Positions 51,210 through 60,416 are shown, numbered from the stretch's first letter. The stretch: 64,000 nt of DNA from Christensenellaceae bacterium Phil7 (GCA_001940845.1 MSGV01000020.1:90-64089), one strand, 5' to 3'. The notes: generated from the sequence alone by a model not told the origin. Translations and numbers: made by a program.

Positions 51210-51911
51210 TTAACAAAATATTCCTGGCAGTGAAGCCTCCTCCTCACCCGCCGGATGCATAAACTTGGGACGTCTGAAATATATAAATTGTCCGCCGCAA
51301 TTGGAAACTACGACATTATTATAGGTGGGAGTGCAGTGGGCAATCACCGGTTCGCCATCCTCCATAAATCCGACCACTATTCCAACATGATTGCTTGCTG
51401 CCCCAGGATAGCGATTTATAAACGCAAGGTCTCCGAGCTGCACATCATGCTTCTTAATCTCGAAGGATTTATCCCACTGATTCCAAGTCCCCTCCCCGAT
51501 GCTTCTGCTCATCTCCTGCGGGGAAGCACCTGTCTGAATAAAGCACCAGCTTACATACCCCGAACAATCCAGCCCAAAGGGCTGTTCCGTTCCCGTAGCA
51601 GAGCTGCCGGAACTCGAAACAATCCTTGGCTTGCCCCAATCATCATCCCATCCAATCGAGGCACTTTTACCGCCCCAGAAATAATTTACCTTGCCAACCA
51701 GGGAGAGTGCAGCCTCGACAAAACGCTGCTGTTCATCTGAAGCATAATCATTTTTGGCTATATAAGTTTCAATCTCAGGGGTTTCAAGCAGCCTGTATTC
51801 CTCTCGCGTACAGCTTTTTATAATTATAAATACCAATACAATGCTTGCGATGACAGACGCAACGACCAACCATGCTATGATTCTTTTATTTTTAGCATCC
51901 TTTGTTCCCAT
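51210..51911 (-). CDS. Membrane-anchored NlpC/P60 (C40) cell-wall hydrolase
   Basis: N-terminal TM helix, catalytic Cys context GLDCSGYVSW, and a downstream His (NHVGIVVG). Confidence 0.85.
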   Translation of the reverse strand: MGTKDAKNKRIIAWLVVASVIASIVLVFIIIKSCTREEYRLLETPEIETYIAKNDYASDEQQRFVEAALSLVGKVNYFWGGKSASIGWDDDWGKPRIVSSSGSSATGTEQPFGLDCSGYVSWCFIQTGASPQEMSRSIGEGTWNQWDKSFEIKKHDVQLGDLAFINRYPGAASNHVGIVVGFMEDGEPVIAHCTPTYNNVVVSNCGGQFIYFRRPKFMHPAGEEEASLPGIFC

Positions 51912-51947
51912 AAATTCCCTCTTTTGTATTAATCAGTATGCAATCTC

Positions 51948-51976
51948 ATTATACCGCTGATTACAAAAATGAACAA
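51948..51976 (-). promoter_or_regulatory. Candidate promoter of the NlpC/P60-udk unit
   Basis: Minus strand reads TTGTTC (51976-51971), 17-nt spacer, TATAAT (51953-51948). Confidence 0.45.
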
Positions 51977-52054
51977 GCCACCAAATTGATTTTAAGTCCA
52001 AACCGAGCATATCTTTCCTGCATTCATTCCATATTTTTTCAGATAATTATTACT

Positions 52055-52087
52055 AAATAAAAATGCGCCATTCAAAGGAACGGCGCA
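52055..52087 (-). terminator. Terminator after the large dockerin protein gene
   Basis: Minus strand reads TGCGCCGTTCC-TTTG-AATGGCGCA followed by TTTTTATTT. Confidence 0.75.
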
Positions 52088-52123
52088 CTCATTATTATAC
52101 AAAATTGATTAAAGCTTCAGGCT

Positions 52124-54745
52124 TTATACTCCCAATGCGATTCGCATTATTATAACGCCATCGGCGAAGGTGATCGCTCCATCGCCATCCATATCTGCAT
52201 ACTGGACATAATTCGCATTGATATGCAATAGGCTCATAGCATGGCGCATTACCGAAGTTGCATCAACTATATTGACAACTCCGTCACCATTGACATCTCC
52301 CATAATGCCGCTGCCTTGACGAGGAACATATATCGCCGTGACGACACCATCGGAAGTGATATTATCAATCTGGCCTTCCCAATGATCGAACTCATAGCCA
52401 AGGTGAATGGGAGGCTCAGGACATACAACATAATGACCATCAGGAACATTCAGTATGCGCAGCACTGAATTATCGAAACCATCCATAATGGTGACGGTAT
52501 GATAGGTCAATGTTACCACCGGAGTTACCTTGATATTATCCACCCATACCCTATCGCTATAGGCTGAAATCTCATGATTTTTGGAATAGCTCCAGCCGAT
52601 AACATAATAGTCGGAACTGAGCACTGTTATTGAATCGTTTGTCCATGCAGTCTGCCCTGAAGCGACTTTATAGTCATACCCATTCAGTGTGACGCTTACG
52701 CGATCATGTCCTGCCTCGCAATCAGTCTTCCAATCGAAGCTTATGGTCGTACCCGCCTCTAAATAGCCCATATCGAGCGTAAAAGCGGTTTCCTGGTTAT
52801 CGAGGTTGGCAATATCGCTCACTGCACACATTCTGCTGCCATCATTCGCTATCTGCCATGGGTAATAGAGATCATTCTGGAAGGAACGATTTTCGCCCGG
52901 CGCATTGAGCGCTGCATTAAAGCTATTCGGATCAGGGAAATTGGGATTCGGTTCATATCCCTCACCATATTCACGGATGAATTCTACATTATCCAGCCAT
53001 ACATTGCCATCTTCAAACTGCTTCGTGCCAATATCATATTCGCTGCTATTATCATCATCCTTGGTAAAATCCCAAGCGAAGAAATAATCGCCATCCGCAG
53101 GTATGATATAGGTGTATGTTGACCAATCTGTATCGCCCGTTATCCAGCTTATAATCATCTTGTTCCGCCTGAAAACGAACCTATCCTGCCCATCCTCACA
53201 ATTCGTTCTCCAATCGAATCTAACTGCATCGCCCGCATGGGCATCGCGTATTCTGAAATAGACCAACTGGTGCTCGCTATCGCCGATTACATTAGACATT
53301 ATGCTTAATCTGCCCGATTCGCTTGAATCAATTACCCACGGATTTACCGGATCATCGCAGAATTCGATCGAACCTCCCGAAACATTCAGTGCTTCATCGA
53401 GCTGCTCGCCAAATACGATCGGTTCCGGCTGATTTCCGGATATCGACACATTATCGAGGCATGCGGTATCGCTGCCGCTCGATGTGTATTCATCCTTTGC
53501 ATAGGTCCATTTGAAGGTATACGTGCCGTTTGCCGGTACCGTATATCTATAGGTTTCAAAGCCATGCGAACCGCTTATGCGCTGAACTATGCTGCTGTTT
53601 GCAGTGAATGTTAACCAATCATATCCATTTTCGCTGGAAACGCTCCAATCAAAGCTTAAAACCTGCCCGGCTTTAAGATCATGGAACACGGCTGATACGC
53701 TCGTCTTACCATAATTGACGCCCTGAATAGTTGATCTTGCATATGTTCTGCCGGAATCGGTAACGACCTGCCATGCATTCTGACTATCATTCAGAATGCT
53801 CAGAGAGCTTCCGGCAGCATTGACAGCAGCATTGAATTCTTCTTGAGTAGCATGTGGGTCGGGATTTACAGTATGATTCGGGAGCGCAAACAGCCCAGTT
53901 ATACCATAGCCTCCGCCATAGCCCATGGTTCCAAGCTCAACAGCCGCACCTGTCGCAGGATCGATGCTGATCAGCACTCCAAAATTACCTGCCGCGAGCT
54001 CCTGCATCATCGAGCCATAGATCACATTTCCGGGTGCATAGTAATAAAGCGCATTCAACGATTCAACTTGAGTATTGACGGTCGCAATATTCATCCTGCG
54101 GACGATCTGTCCGGATGTATTAAATATGAGCCCTTTGCCGGTCTCATGATGAACGGCAAAAAACTGTCCATTACCTATATAGGTCATGGATGGGATTATT
54201 GCGATATCATGATCCGCAAGATCAAAAAGCTCGGTCAGCGTTCCTGAATTGCGATCCACCGTCATCAGATGGTGGCTCGTATCATCATCGTTAAGGACGA
54301 GTGCGTAAAGGGTATCGGTATCCTGCGCATAGGTCAAAGCCGCAACATTCATATCTCGCGAACCCGTTCCAACCGCAGTTGAGCTCCAGGAGCTTCCGGA
54401 AGTATTTATCCGATACAGGGTTTCGCTCGTATTATAATCGGAATCATCAGTATGATCGTGCGCAAATACATAAAGGGTATCCCCTATGATCGCCGCAGCA
54501 TTGGAATCCTTGCCGGACATGGAATACATTGTTTCAACAGCATTCGGATTCCCATTGCCAAAGGCAAGAAAGCTGCGCGGAAACGTTATCGGGCTGTACC
54601 CATTGGTATATTTCCATCCGGCAAAGCCGCAAAGCGTAACGTCCGCTGCGCTGTCCGATGTCTCGGCGGCCGCCATGCCTAATCCAGCAGGGACCAATGC
54701 AGCCACCATGAGCACAGAAAGCAGTACCGATAGTAATTTTTTCAT
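52124..54745 (-). CDS. Large secreted dockerin-bearing protein (N-terminal repeat region, three roughly 135-aa modules, Flg_new repeat, dockerin)
   Basis: Signal peptide MKKLLSVLLSVLMVAALVPAGLGMAAA from the ATG at 54745, which follows a GGAGA SD (the ORF track starts at GTG 54775). C-terminal dockerin GDVNGDGVVNIVDATSVMR / DMDGDGAITFADGVIIMR. Confidence 0.85.
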   Translation of the reverse strand: MKKLLSVLLSVLMVAALVPAGLGMAAAETSDSAADVTLCGFAGWKYTNGYSPITFPRSFLAFGNGNPNAVETMYSMSGKDSNAAAIIGDTLYVFAHDHTDDSDYNTSETLYRINTSGSSWSSTAVGTGSRDMNVAALTYAQDTDTLYALVLNDDDTSHHLMTVDRNSGTLTELFDLADHDIAIIPSMTYIGNGQFFAVHHETGKGLIFNTSGQIVRRMNIATVNTQVESLNALYYYAPGNVIYGSMMQELAAGNFGVLISIDPATGAAVELGTMGYGGGYGITGLFALPNHTVNPDPHATQEEFNAAVNAAGSSLSILNDSQNAWQVVTDSGRTYARSTIQGVNYGKTSVSAVFHDLKAGQVLSFDWSVSSENGYDWLTFTANSSIVQRISGSHGFETYRYTVPANGTYTFKWTYAKDEYTSSGSDTACLDNVSISGNQPEPIVFGEQLDEALNVSGGSIEFCDDPVNPWVIDSSESGRLSIMSNVIGDSEHQLVYFRIRDAHAGDAVRFDWRTNCEDGQDRFVFRRNKMIISWITGDTDWSTYTYIIPADGDYFFAWDFTKDDDNSSEYDIGTKQFEDGNVWLDNVEFIREYGEGYEPNPNFPDPNSFNAALNAPGENRSFQNDLYYPWQIANDGSRMCAVSDIANLDNQETAFTLDMGYLEAGTTISFDWKTDCEAGHDRVSVTLNGYDYKVASGQTAWTNDSITVLSSDYYVIGWSYSKNHEISAYSDRVWVDNIKVTPVVTLTYHTVTIMDGFDNSVLRILNVPDGHYVVCPEPPIHLGYEFDHWEGQIDNITSDGVVTAIYVPRQGSGIMGDVNGDGVVNIVDATSVMRHAMSLLHINANYVQYADMDGDGAITFADGVIIMRIALGV

Positions 54746-54805
54746 ATCTCTTCTCCATAGCTTTATTTGTTCCACAGGAAAATTCTGATCCTGCGTACGA
54801 TATTT

Positions 54806-54834
54806 ATTATATCACTATCGTAATGGATTTGCAA
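54806..54834 (-). promoter_or_regulatory. Consensus promoter of the large dockerin protein gene
   Basis: Minus strand reads TTGCAA (54834-54829), 17-nt spacer, TATAAT (54811-54806), with an extended -10 TGA. Confidence 0.55.
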
Positions 54835-54845
54835 TGATTATATCG

Positions 54846-54876
54846 TAAAAAAGTCCCGTTCGATTGAACGGGAAAC
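54846..54876 (-). terminator. Terminator after the 54895 dockerin gene
   Basis: Minus strand reads GTTTCCCGTTC-AATC-GAACGGGAC followed by TTTTTT. Confidence 0.8.
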
Positions 54877-54894
54877 AATTTATGCAGAAAGAAA

Positions 54895-55932
54895 TTATAA
54901 TCCAAGACCAAGCCTTGCAACTATGACGGCATCGGATACATCAATATGTCCGTTGGCGTTAGCATCATATATTGCCAGCTCGTCAGCGGAAACATCACGG
55001 GTGCCTATGGCAGCGCGGGAGATATTGACAGCATCGTTCATATTCAGGTCTCCATCATTATTGACATCACCTGCGAAGCACGCATAGATATCCCCATCGC
55101 CATCATAACAGAATTCGCGCAGACCGCTCACGCGCTGACCATTGACGTACCATCCAAGAAAAATCGATGGGACATCTTCATCCACACCAAGGGTCATCTC
55201 GCTCCTATAGAACGTCGCTCCCACGGAGCCATCTCCGATCACTGATATGGCCAGCGGCTGCTCATATCCCATCGGCTGGAGGGTTATGTTTTTCAGATCG
55301 CATTTGCGCACATCCACCCTCTCTATGGAAGGGCAGTTTACAGCGGTGATGAAGGTACACTCGGGCTGTCCGATGAAGCTGAGGCTACGCATATACAAGC
55401 AATCATTGATATTGACCGAGCTTATATGGGTCTGACCCTCCTGTGGGCTCTCCACTACCTCTGTTCTGGTTCCGGGTATGTTCAGCGGACCATAGAGATC
55501 GGGGTAAACAGGATCGTTGCAGTCAAAGCATAGAATCTCGCCCGTTCTGGGATCCACCATTGTACCAGAATAAGGCACGCTGGAATAGAACCGGCAGATA
55601 TCAACATAGTTCTGATCATAGCCTATCGCGCTGAGGGACCACATGCTGCAAAGCGCATCGCCATCATGATAAACGCCAGCACCAAACAGGACGTTATAAC
55701 CTCCTGCTGCTATCAGTTCATCTATCAAAGCTGCCCTTGCCAACACTACCTGTTCGCCATTGCGGATACCACTGGGAGAAGTCTGCATGAGGAATGCAGC
55801 ATAGAGATCATTATCCGGCTGAATAAAGTATTCATATGGTTCCGACTCTTCAGCAAACGATGGAACGATCATCATAAAAGCCAAGATCAGGCTTAGCATA
55901 ATGCTCAATCCGTTTTTCACATTCTTGTTCAT
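54895..55932 (-). CDS. Secreted dockerin-bearing protein (unknown N-terminal domain with an LRR-like stretch)
   Basis: Signal peptide MNKNVKNGLSIMLSLILAFMMIVPSFA. C-terminal dockerin GDVNNDGDLNMNDAVNISR / DANANGHIDVSDAVIVAR. Confidence 0.85.
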   Translation of the reverse strand: MNKNVKNGLSIMLSLILAFMMIVPSFAEESEPYEYFIQPDNDLYAAFLMQTSPSGIRNGEQVVLARAALIDELIAAGGYNVLFGAGVYHDGDALCSMWSLSAIGYDQNYVDICRFYSSVPYSGTMVDPRTGEILCFDCNDPVYPDLYGPLNIPGTRTEVVESPQEGQTHISSVNINDCLYMRSLSFIGQPECTFITAVNCPSIERVDVRKCDLKNITLQPMGYEQPLAISVIGDGSVGATFYRSEMTLGVDEDVPSIFLGWYVNGQRVSGLREFCYDGDGDIYACFAGDVNNDGDLNMNDAVNISRAAIGTRDVSADELAIYDANANGHIDVSDAVIVARLGLGL

Positions 55933-56105
55933 AATAATATCTCCTTACTAAGTTTATTGAATTTCATTCTTAAGCCGAGATAATAGCTTGCACAATCCAT
56001 GAAGCTTTGATCGTAAACAATCAAAAGCTCTATATTGCGTATCGGTTGAGTGGTCAATGCGAGAGTGGGGGCAGATGATACCGCCGCAATAACCAATACC
56101 AACAT
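55929..56105 (-). CDS. Candidate small ORF (58 aa from the internal ATG; 68 aa signal-peptide protein if an A6 tract is read as A7)
   Basis: Open frame on the minus strand, ending in a TGA that overlaps the ATG of the 54895-55932 gene (ATGA). Too short for the ORF track. See the finding at 55929-56134. Confidence 0.3.
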   Translation of the reverse strand: MLVLVIAAVSSAPTLALTTQPIRNIELLIVYDQSFMDCASYYLGLRMKFNKLSKEILL

Positions 56106-56426
56106 TAACGCTAGAATTTGTTTTATTTTTTCATATCATCTTTTCTGTCTTCACGACACTCGTAGTTATTCCATGATTGGAATACTATGTTGCTTCCTAC
56201 GCACTGTCATGGAGTATTGCCCCATATACCATGCTTCATATACCGCCTAATTGTCAATAGCGCCCACTCACCTCCGCAGCTAGGAATTCACTTGCACTGC
56301 TTTAGAAAATATTAAATCTATGGCTAAAGTACAGTTTCCTTTTTATTTGAATTATACCATAATAATATGCAACTATCAATGCTATTGTTTAATATATTTG
56401 CCAGCAAATTCCAGCTATACAAGCAT

Positions 56427-56455
56427 TTGACTTCTTTCCTTAAATGTGCTAATAT
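56427..56455 (+). promoter_or_regulatory. Candidate promoter of the ABC exporter operon
   Basis: TTGACT (56427-56432), 17-nt spacer, TAATAT (56450-56455), preceded by TGC. Confidence 0.5.
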
Positions 56456-56481
56456 TTAAACAATAATTTATGGAGTATAAC

Positions 56482-58305
56482 ATGAAGACGCTGTATAGAT
56501 ATATCAAGCCCGTGCTATGGCCGATGCTGCTGGGGCTGCTGCTGAAATTTATTGCCGCCATGCTGGATCTGACCATTCCCTATTTTCTTGAAACCATTAT
56601 AGATAAAGCTGCGCCGACGGGTGAGATCCGTCAGATATTATTCTGGGGGCTTGTCATGCTTTTCTGCTCCATTCTCGCCGTCGTTACCAATATCCGCGCA
56701 AACCGCATGGCCATTATAAATTCCAGCAAGGCGACAAAGGCATTGAGGCATGATCTTTTTGCAAAAATATCTCTGCTTTCCGCCCGAAAGACCGATGAAT
56801 TCACCGTTTCCTCGCTCGTATCCAGGCTGACGGCCGATAGCTACAATGTCAATAATATGCTTGTTCGTGTGCAGCGCATAGGCGTGCGTGCCCCCTTTCT
56901 TTTGATTGGAGGCATAGTCATCACGCTCACCATGGATCCGATACTCACCTTAGTGCTAGTTGCAATGCTGCCCATCATTGCCATCGTGGTCTATTTTGTC
57001 ACCAAATACAGCGTTCCCATCTATACCCGCTGCCAGCTTATCCTCGATCGGCTTGTTCGAACGGTACAGGAAAATGCAACGGGCGTCCGAATAATAAAGG
57101 CTCTCGGTAAAGATGCCTCCGAACGCAAACGCTTCGATAAGATAAATTCGGCACTAGCGGATGAGGATAAAAAAGCCGGCATCATCATGGCCATCACCAA
57201 TCCGGTGGCAACAATAGTTTTGAACCTGGGGCTTACCCTGGTCGTTATCGTTGGTGCACGAAGGGTCAATTCAGGGCTCACAGAGCCCGGTACCATCATT
57301 GCTTTTTTAAGCTATTTCACAATCATCCTCAATGCTATGTTAAGCATCACCAGGATATTTGTCATCTGCTCCAAGGGTGCAGCCAGTGCAGCTCGTATTG
57401 AAGGTGTACTATTGGCCGAAGATGATATGCCAATATTAAAGGAAGGTACTGATTCGGAATCCAATAATAGTAATTCGTATTTTTACAATTTCAAAAAAAG
57501 TAATTCAGTTGAATTAGAGTACGATCCCATACCCGCTAGGATTGAATTTCAAAATGTTACCTTCAAGTATAACCGAAGGAATTTTTCGACTGATCCACAA
57601 TCGATTGATATTGATTATATAGAGAATAATCTCACCAATATCAGCTTTAAACTGGAGAGAGGGCAAACTCTCGGTATAATCGGCGCGACCGGAAGCGGCA
57701 AATCAACGATTATCAATTTGCTCATTCGCTTCTATGATCCGGATGAAGGCATCGTGCGCATAGACGGCAGGGATATTCGCAGCATTCCACGCGAAGAGCT
57801 TTGTAAAAAATTTGGAATAGCTTTCCAGAATGATTTCATTATGGCGAATTCGATCTTCGAAAATATCAATTTTGGAAGAAATCTTACCGAAGAACAGATC
57901 AATCGCGCAATTATACTTGCGCAGGCCAAGGAGATGATTGATGATCTGCCTGGCGGCACAAGCTACCGGCTTACCGCACGCGGCACGAATATCAGCGGAG
58001 GGCAGAAGCAGAGGATGCTCATTGCCCGCGCCGCAGCATCCGAACCTGAGATCTTGATATTGGATGATTCCTCAAGCGCGCTGGACTATAGAACGGATGC
58101 GAATCTTCGAAAGGCTCTTCATCAAAGCCTCCCAAATACCACGACCATCATAATTGCTCAGCGCATAAGCTCCATAATGAATGCCGATCTCATACTCGTA
58201 CTGGATGAAGGCAGGATTATAGGCCGCGGAAAGCATTCCGAGCTCCTGCGCTCTTGCCATGAATACAAAATGATTTCCGATACACAGATGGGAGGTGCTG
58301 AATAA
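56482..58305 (+). CDS. ABC exporter subunit (fused TMD-NBD), degenerate-site partner
   Basis: Walker A GATGSGKST, signature ISGGQKQR, and Walker B ILILDD, with Asp where the catalytic Glu is expected. The ATG at 56482 follows GGAG. Confidence 0.9.
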   Translation: MKTLYRYIKPVLWPMLLGLLLKFIAAMLDLTIPYFLETIIDKAAPTGEIRQILFWGLVMLFCSILAVVTNIRANRMAIINSSKATKALRHDLFAKISLLSARKTDEFTVSSLVSRLTADSYNVNNMLVRVQRIGVRAPFLLIGGIVITLTMDPILTLVLVAMLPIIAIVVYFVTKYSVPIYTRCQLILDRLVRTVQENATGVRIIKALGKDASERKRFDKINSALADEDKKAGIIMAITNPVATIVLNLGLTLVVIVGARRVNSGLTEPGTIIAFLSYFTIILNAMLSITRIFVICSKGAASAARIEGVLLAEDDMPILKEGTDSESNNSNSYFYNFKKSNSVELEYDPIPARIEFQNVTFKYNRRNFSTDPQSIDIDYIENNLTNISFKLERGQTLGIIGATGSGKSTIINLLIRFYDPDEGIVRIDGRDIRSIPREELCKKFGIAFQNDFIMANSIFENINFGRNLTEEQINRAIILAQAKEMIDDLPGGTSYRLTARGTNISGGQKQRMLIARAAASEPEILILDDSSSALDYRTDANLRKALHQSLPNTTTIIIAQRISSIMNADLILVLDEGRIIGRGKHSELLRSCHEYKMISDTQMGGAE

Positions 58306-60116
58306 TGCCTAAGATCACGCAAATGGGTGCGATATCCCCCGATGAGGCCAAACGCACCGAAGTTCGCAAAAAAGCTGATATCGGCTATATTTTTAAAAGA
58401 CTCTGGCGATATCTATCCGCACATAAGCTGCTCATTTTTCTGTGCCTGCTGCTCGTTCTGGTCGGTAATCTTCTTGCGCTGCTTGGTCCAAGCCTTTCGG
58501 GTAAGGCCATAGATGCCATCGGCAAGAAACCCGGCATGACGGATTTTGCCTCCGTAGGGCATTATACGCTGCTTATGATAATATTTTACATAATCAGCGG
58601 AATCATGAATTTTATTCTGACCGTCCTGCTCGTCAAACTCTCCCGTGAGGTCACATATGCAATGCGGCGCGATGTTTTCAATCGCCTTACCACCCTGCCC
58701 GTAGGTTTCTTCGATACAAGGCAGACCGGCGATATCATTTCCGTTATTTCCTATGATATTGATACGGTCAACGCCTCCCTTTCTAGCGACCTGCTTCAGA
58801 TCGCGAAGAGCCTCATCACCGTCATAGGCTCTCTCGTAATGATGCTGATAATTAAGCCTGCTCTCGTATTGATCTTTCTCTTTACTGTACCCCTTTCCAT
58901 TCTATTTTCACGCTACATCACCAAAAAGGTTCGCCCACTTTTCCGTATGCGAAGTCGCAAACTCGGTGAAATGAATGGTTATGCAGAAGAAATGCTGGAA
59001 GGACAAAAGATCACAAGAGCATATAATCGCGAAAAGGAAGTCATTGCAGGCTTTGATATAAAGAACGATGAAGCCGTGAATGCATATAACAATGCCGAAG
59101 TTGCAGCTACGGTCATGGGGCCTTCCGTCAACTTTATCAATAATCTATCCCTGACGCTTGTCAGCGTATTCGGAGCGATCCTATATATCAACGGCGGTAT
59201 TCAGCTCGGTGATATTTCATCCTTCGTGCTCTATTCACGTAAATTCTCCGGGCCAATTAACGAGATAGCAAATATCTTCGGAGAGCTCCAATCCGCCTTT
59301 GCCGCTGCAGAACGGGTTTTCAGACTTATCGATGAACCGAGCGAGCCCGCTGATGCACCAGATGCAAGCATGCTTTCGAACGTCATTGGAGATGTGAATA
59401 TCGAGCATGTTGATTTTGGGTATGTGCCGGAGCGCACCATTATCCGAGATTTTAACCTCAGCGCGCCTCACGGCAGCCTCATCGCAATAGTTGGCCCAAC
59501 CGGAGCCGGCAAGACCACCATTATCAATCTGCTCATGCGGTTTTATGATGTGGATTCCGGTAAAATCACCATAGACGAACATTCGATATATGATGTTACC
59601 CGTCAAAGCCTCCGTGCGGCTTATACCATGGTATTGCAGGATACCTGGCTCTTCCATGGAAGCATATTCGATAATATTGCCTATTCTAAAGAGGATGCCA
59701 CCAAGGAGGAAGTCATTGCTGCGGCCAAAGCGGCACATATTCACAACTACATAATGCGACTTCCCGATGGATATGATACGATCCTAAGCGATAATGGTAC
59801 GAGCATTTCAAAAGGACAGAAGCAGCTCATGACCATCGCCCGCGCAATGCTGCTCGATTCCCATATGCTCATATTGGATGAAGCCACCAGCAATGTCGAT
59901 ACCCGTACAGAGATGATAATACAATCCGCGATGCGCGATCTTATGCGCGACAGAACCTGCTTTGTCATAGCTCACAGGCTCTCCACCATACGCAATGCTG
60001 ATAATATTCTCGTCGTGCGCGATGGTTCCATCGTTGAAAGCGGCAAACATGATGAACTGCTGAAAAAGAACGGCTTTTATGCAGAGCTGTACTATTCGCA
60101 ATTCGAAGTATATTGA
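58305..60116 (+). CDS. ABC exporter subunit (fused TMD-NBD), consensus-site partner
   Basis: Walker A GPTGAGKTT, signature ISKGQKQL, Walker B LILDEATS and H-loop AHRL. The start ATG overlaps the upstream TAA (TAATG), with GGAGGTG upstream. Confidence 0.92.
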   Translation: MPKITQMGAISPDEAKRTEVRKKADIGYIFKRLWRYLSAHKLLIFLCLLLVLVGNLLALLGPSLSGKAIDAIGKKPGMTDFASVGHYTLLMIIFYIISGIMNFILTVLLVKLSREVTYAMRRDVFNRLTTLPVGFFDTRQTGDIISVISYDIDTVNASLSSDLLQIAKSLITVIGSLVMMLIIKPALVLIFLFTVPLSILFSRYITKKVRPLFRMRSRKLGEMNGYAEEMLEGQKITRAYNREKEVIAGFDIKNDEAVNAYNNAEVAATVMGPSVNFINNLSLTLVSVFGAILYINGGIQLGDISSFVLYSRKFSGPINEIANIFGELQSAFAAAERVFRLIDEPSEPADAPDASMLSNVIGDVNIEHVDFGYVPERTIIRDFNLSAPHGSLIAIVGPTGAGKTTIINLLMRFYDVDSGKITIDEHSIYDVTRQSLRAAYTMVLQDTWLFHGSIFDNIAYSKEDATKEEVIAAAKAAHIHNYIMRLPDGYDTILSDNGTSISKGQKQLMTIARAMLLDSHMLILDEATSNVDTRTEMIIQSAMRDLMRDRTCFVIAHRLSTIRNADNILVVRDGSIVESGKHDELLKKNGFYAELYYSQFEVY

Positions 60117-60382
60117 TCCGAACCGATCTTGGATTCTATATCAAATACTGATCAATGATGCTTGATTGGCATTTTTCTTCCGATAAAAACCAAACTTCAC
60201 ACCTGTGCACGCACAATAATTCCACCCATGATTAATGTGCGGGGAGCGATACCCTTATTGCCCTCCGCCTTTTTCTGCAATATTCCCGGCCCGCTCTCCG
60301 TTTCCTATATTCGCGCCGCAAGCTCCGTTTGTTCTTTTCGTAAGTTTAGCTTGTTCTCCATATTATTTTCGGCGTACTACTC

Positions 60383-60410
60383 TTGACTTCCGGCAGTCAT
60401 ATGGTATAAT
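60383..60410 (+). promoter_or_regulatory. Consensus promoter placed for a leaderless transcript
   Basis: TTGACT (60383-60388), 16-nt spacer, TATAAT (60405-60410), with an extended -10 TGG. The ATG of the next ORF begins 7 nt after the -10. Confidence 0.55.
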
Positions 60411-60416
60411 TTTCTT

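Noticed and set aside
56135-56426. Repeats in the long divergent intergenic region: the inverted repeat TATTCCA-TGAT-TGGAATA (about 56173-56190) and a direct repeat GGTATATG x2 on the minus strand. They were considered as regulator binding sites.
   Set aside because: These are single occurrences of short motifs in AT-rich DNA, with no adjacent regulator gene and no clear positional relation to a promoter. They cannot be separated from chance without comparative data.
60117-60382. A relatively GC-rich intergenic stretch after the ABC operon has direct repeats GCTCTCCGTTT / GCTCCGTTT and short ORF-track entries (60162-60386, 60235-60447). It was considered as an ncRNA or a degraded gene.
   Set aside because: There is no promoter-terminator pair, no recognisable RNA family core, and the short ORFs have implausible, low-complexity translations. 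It cannot be supported from the sequence alone.
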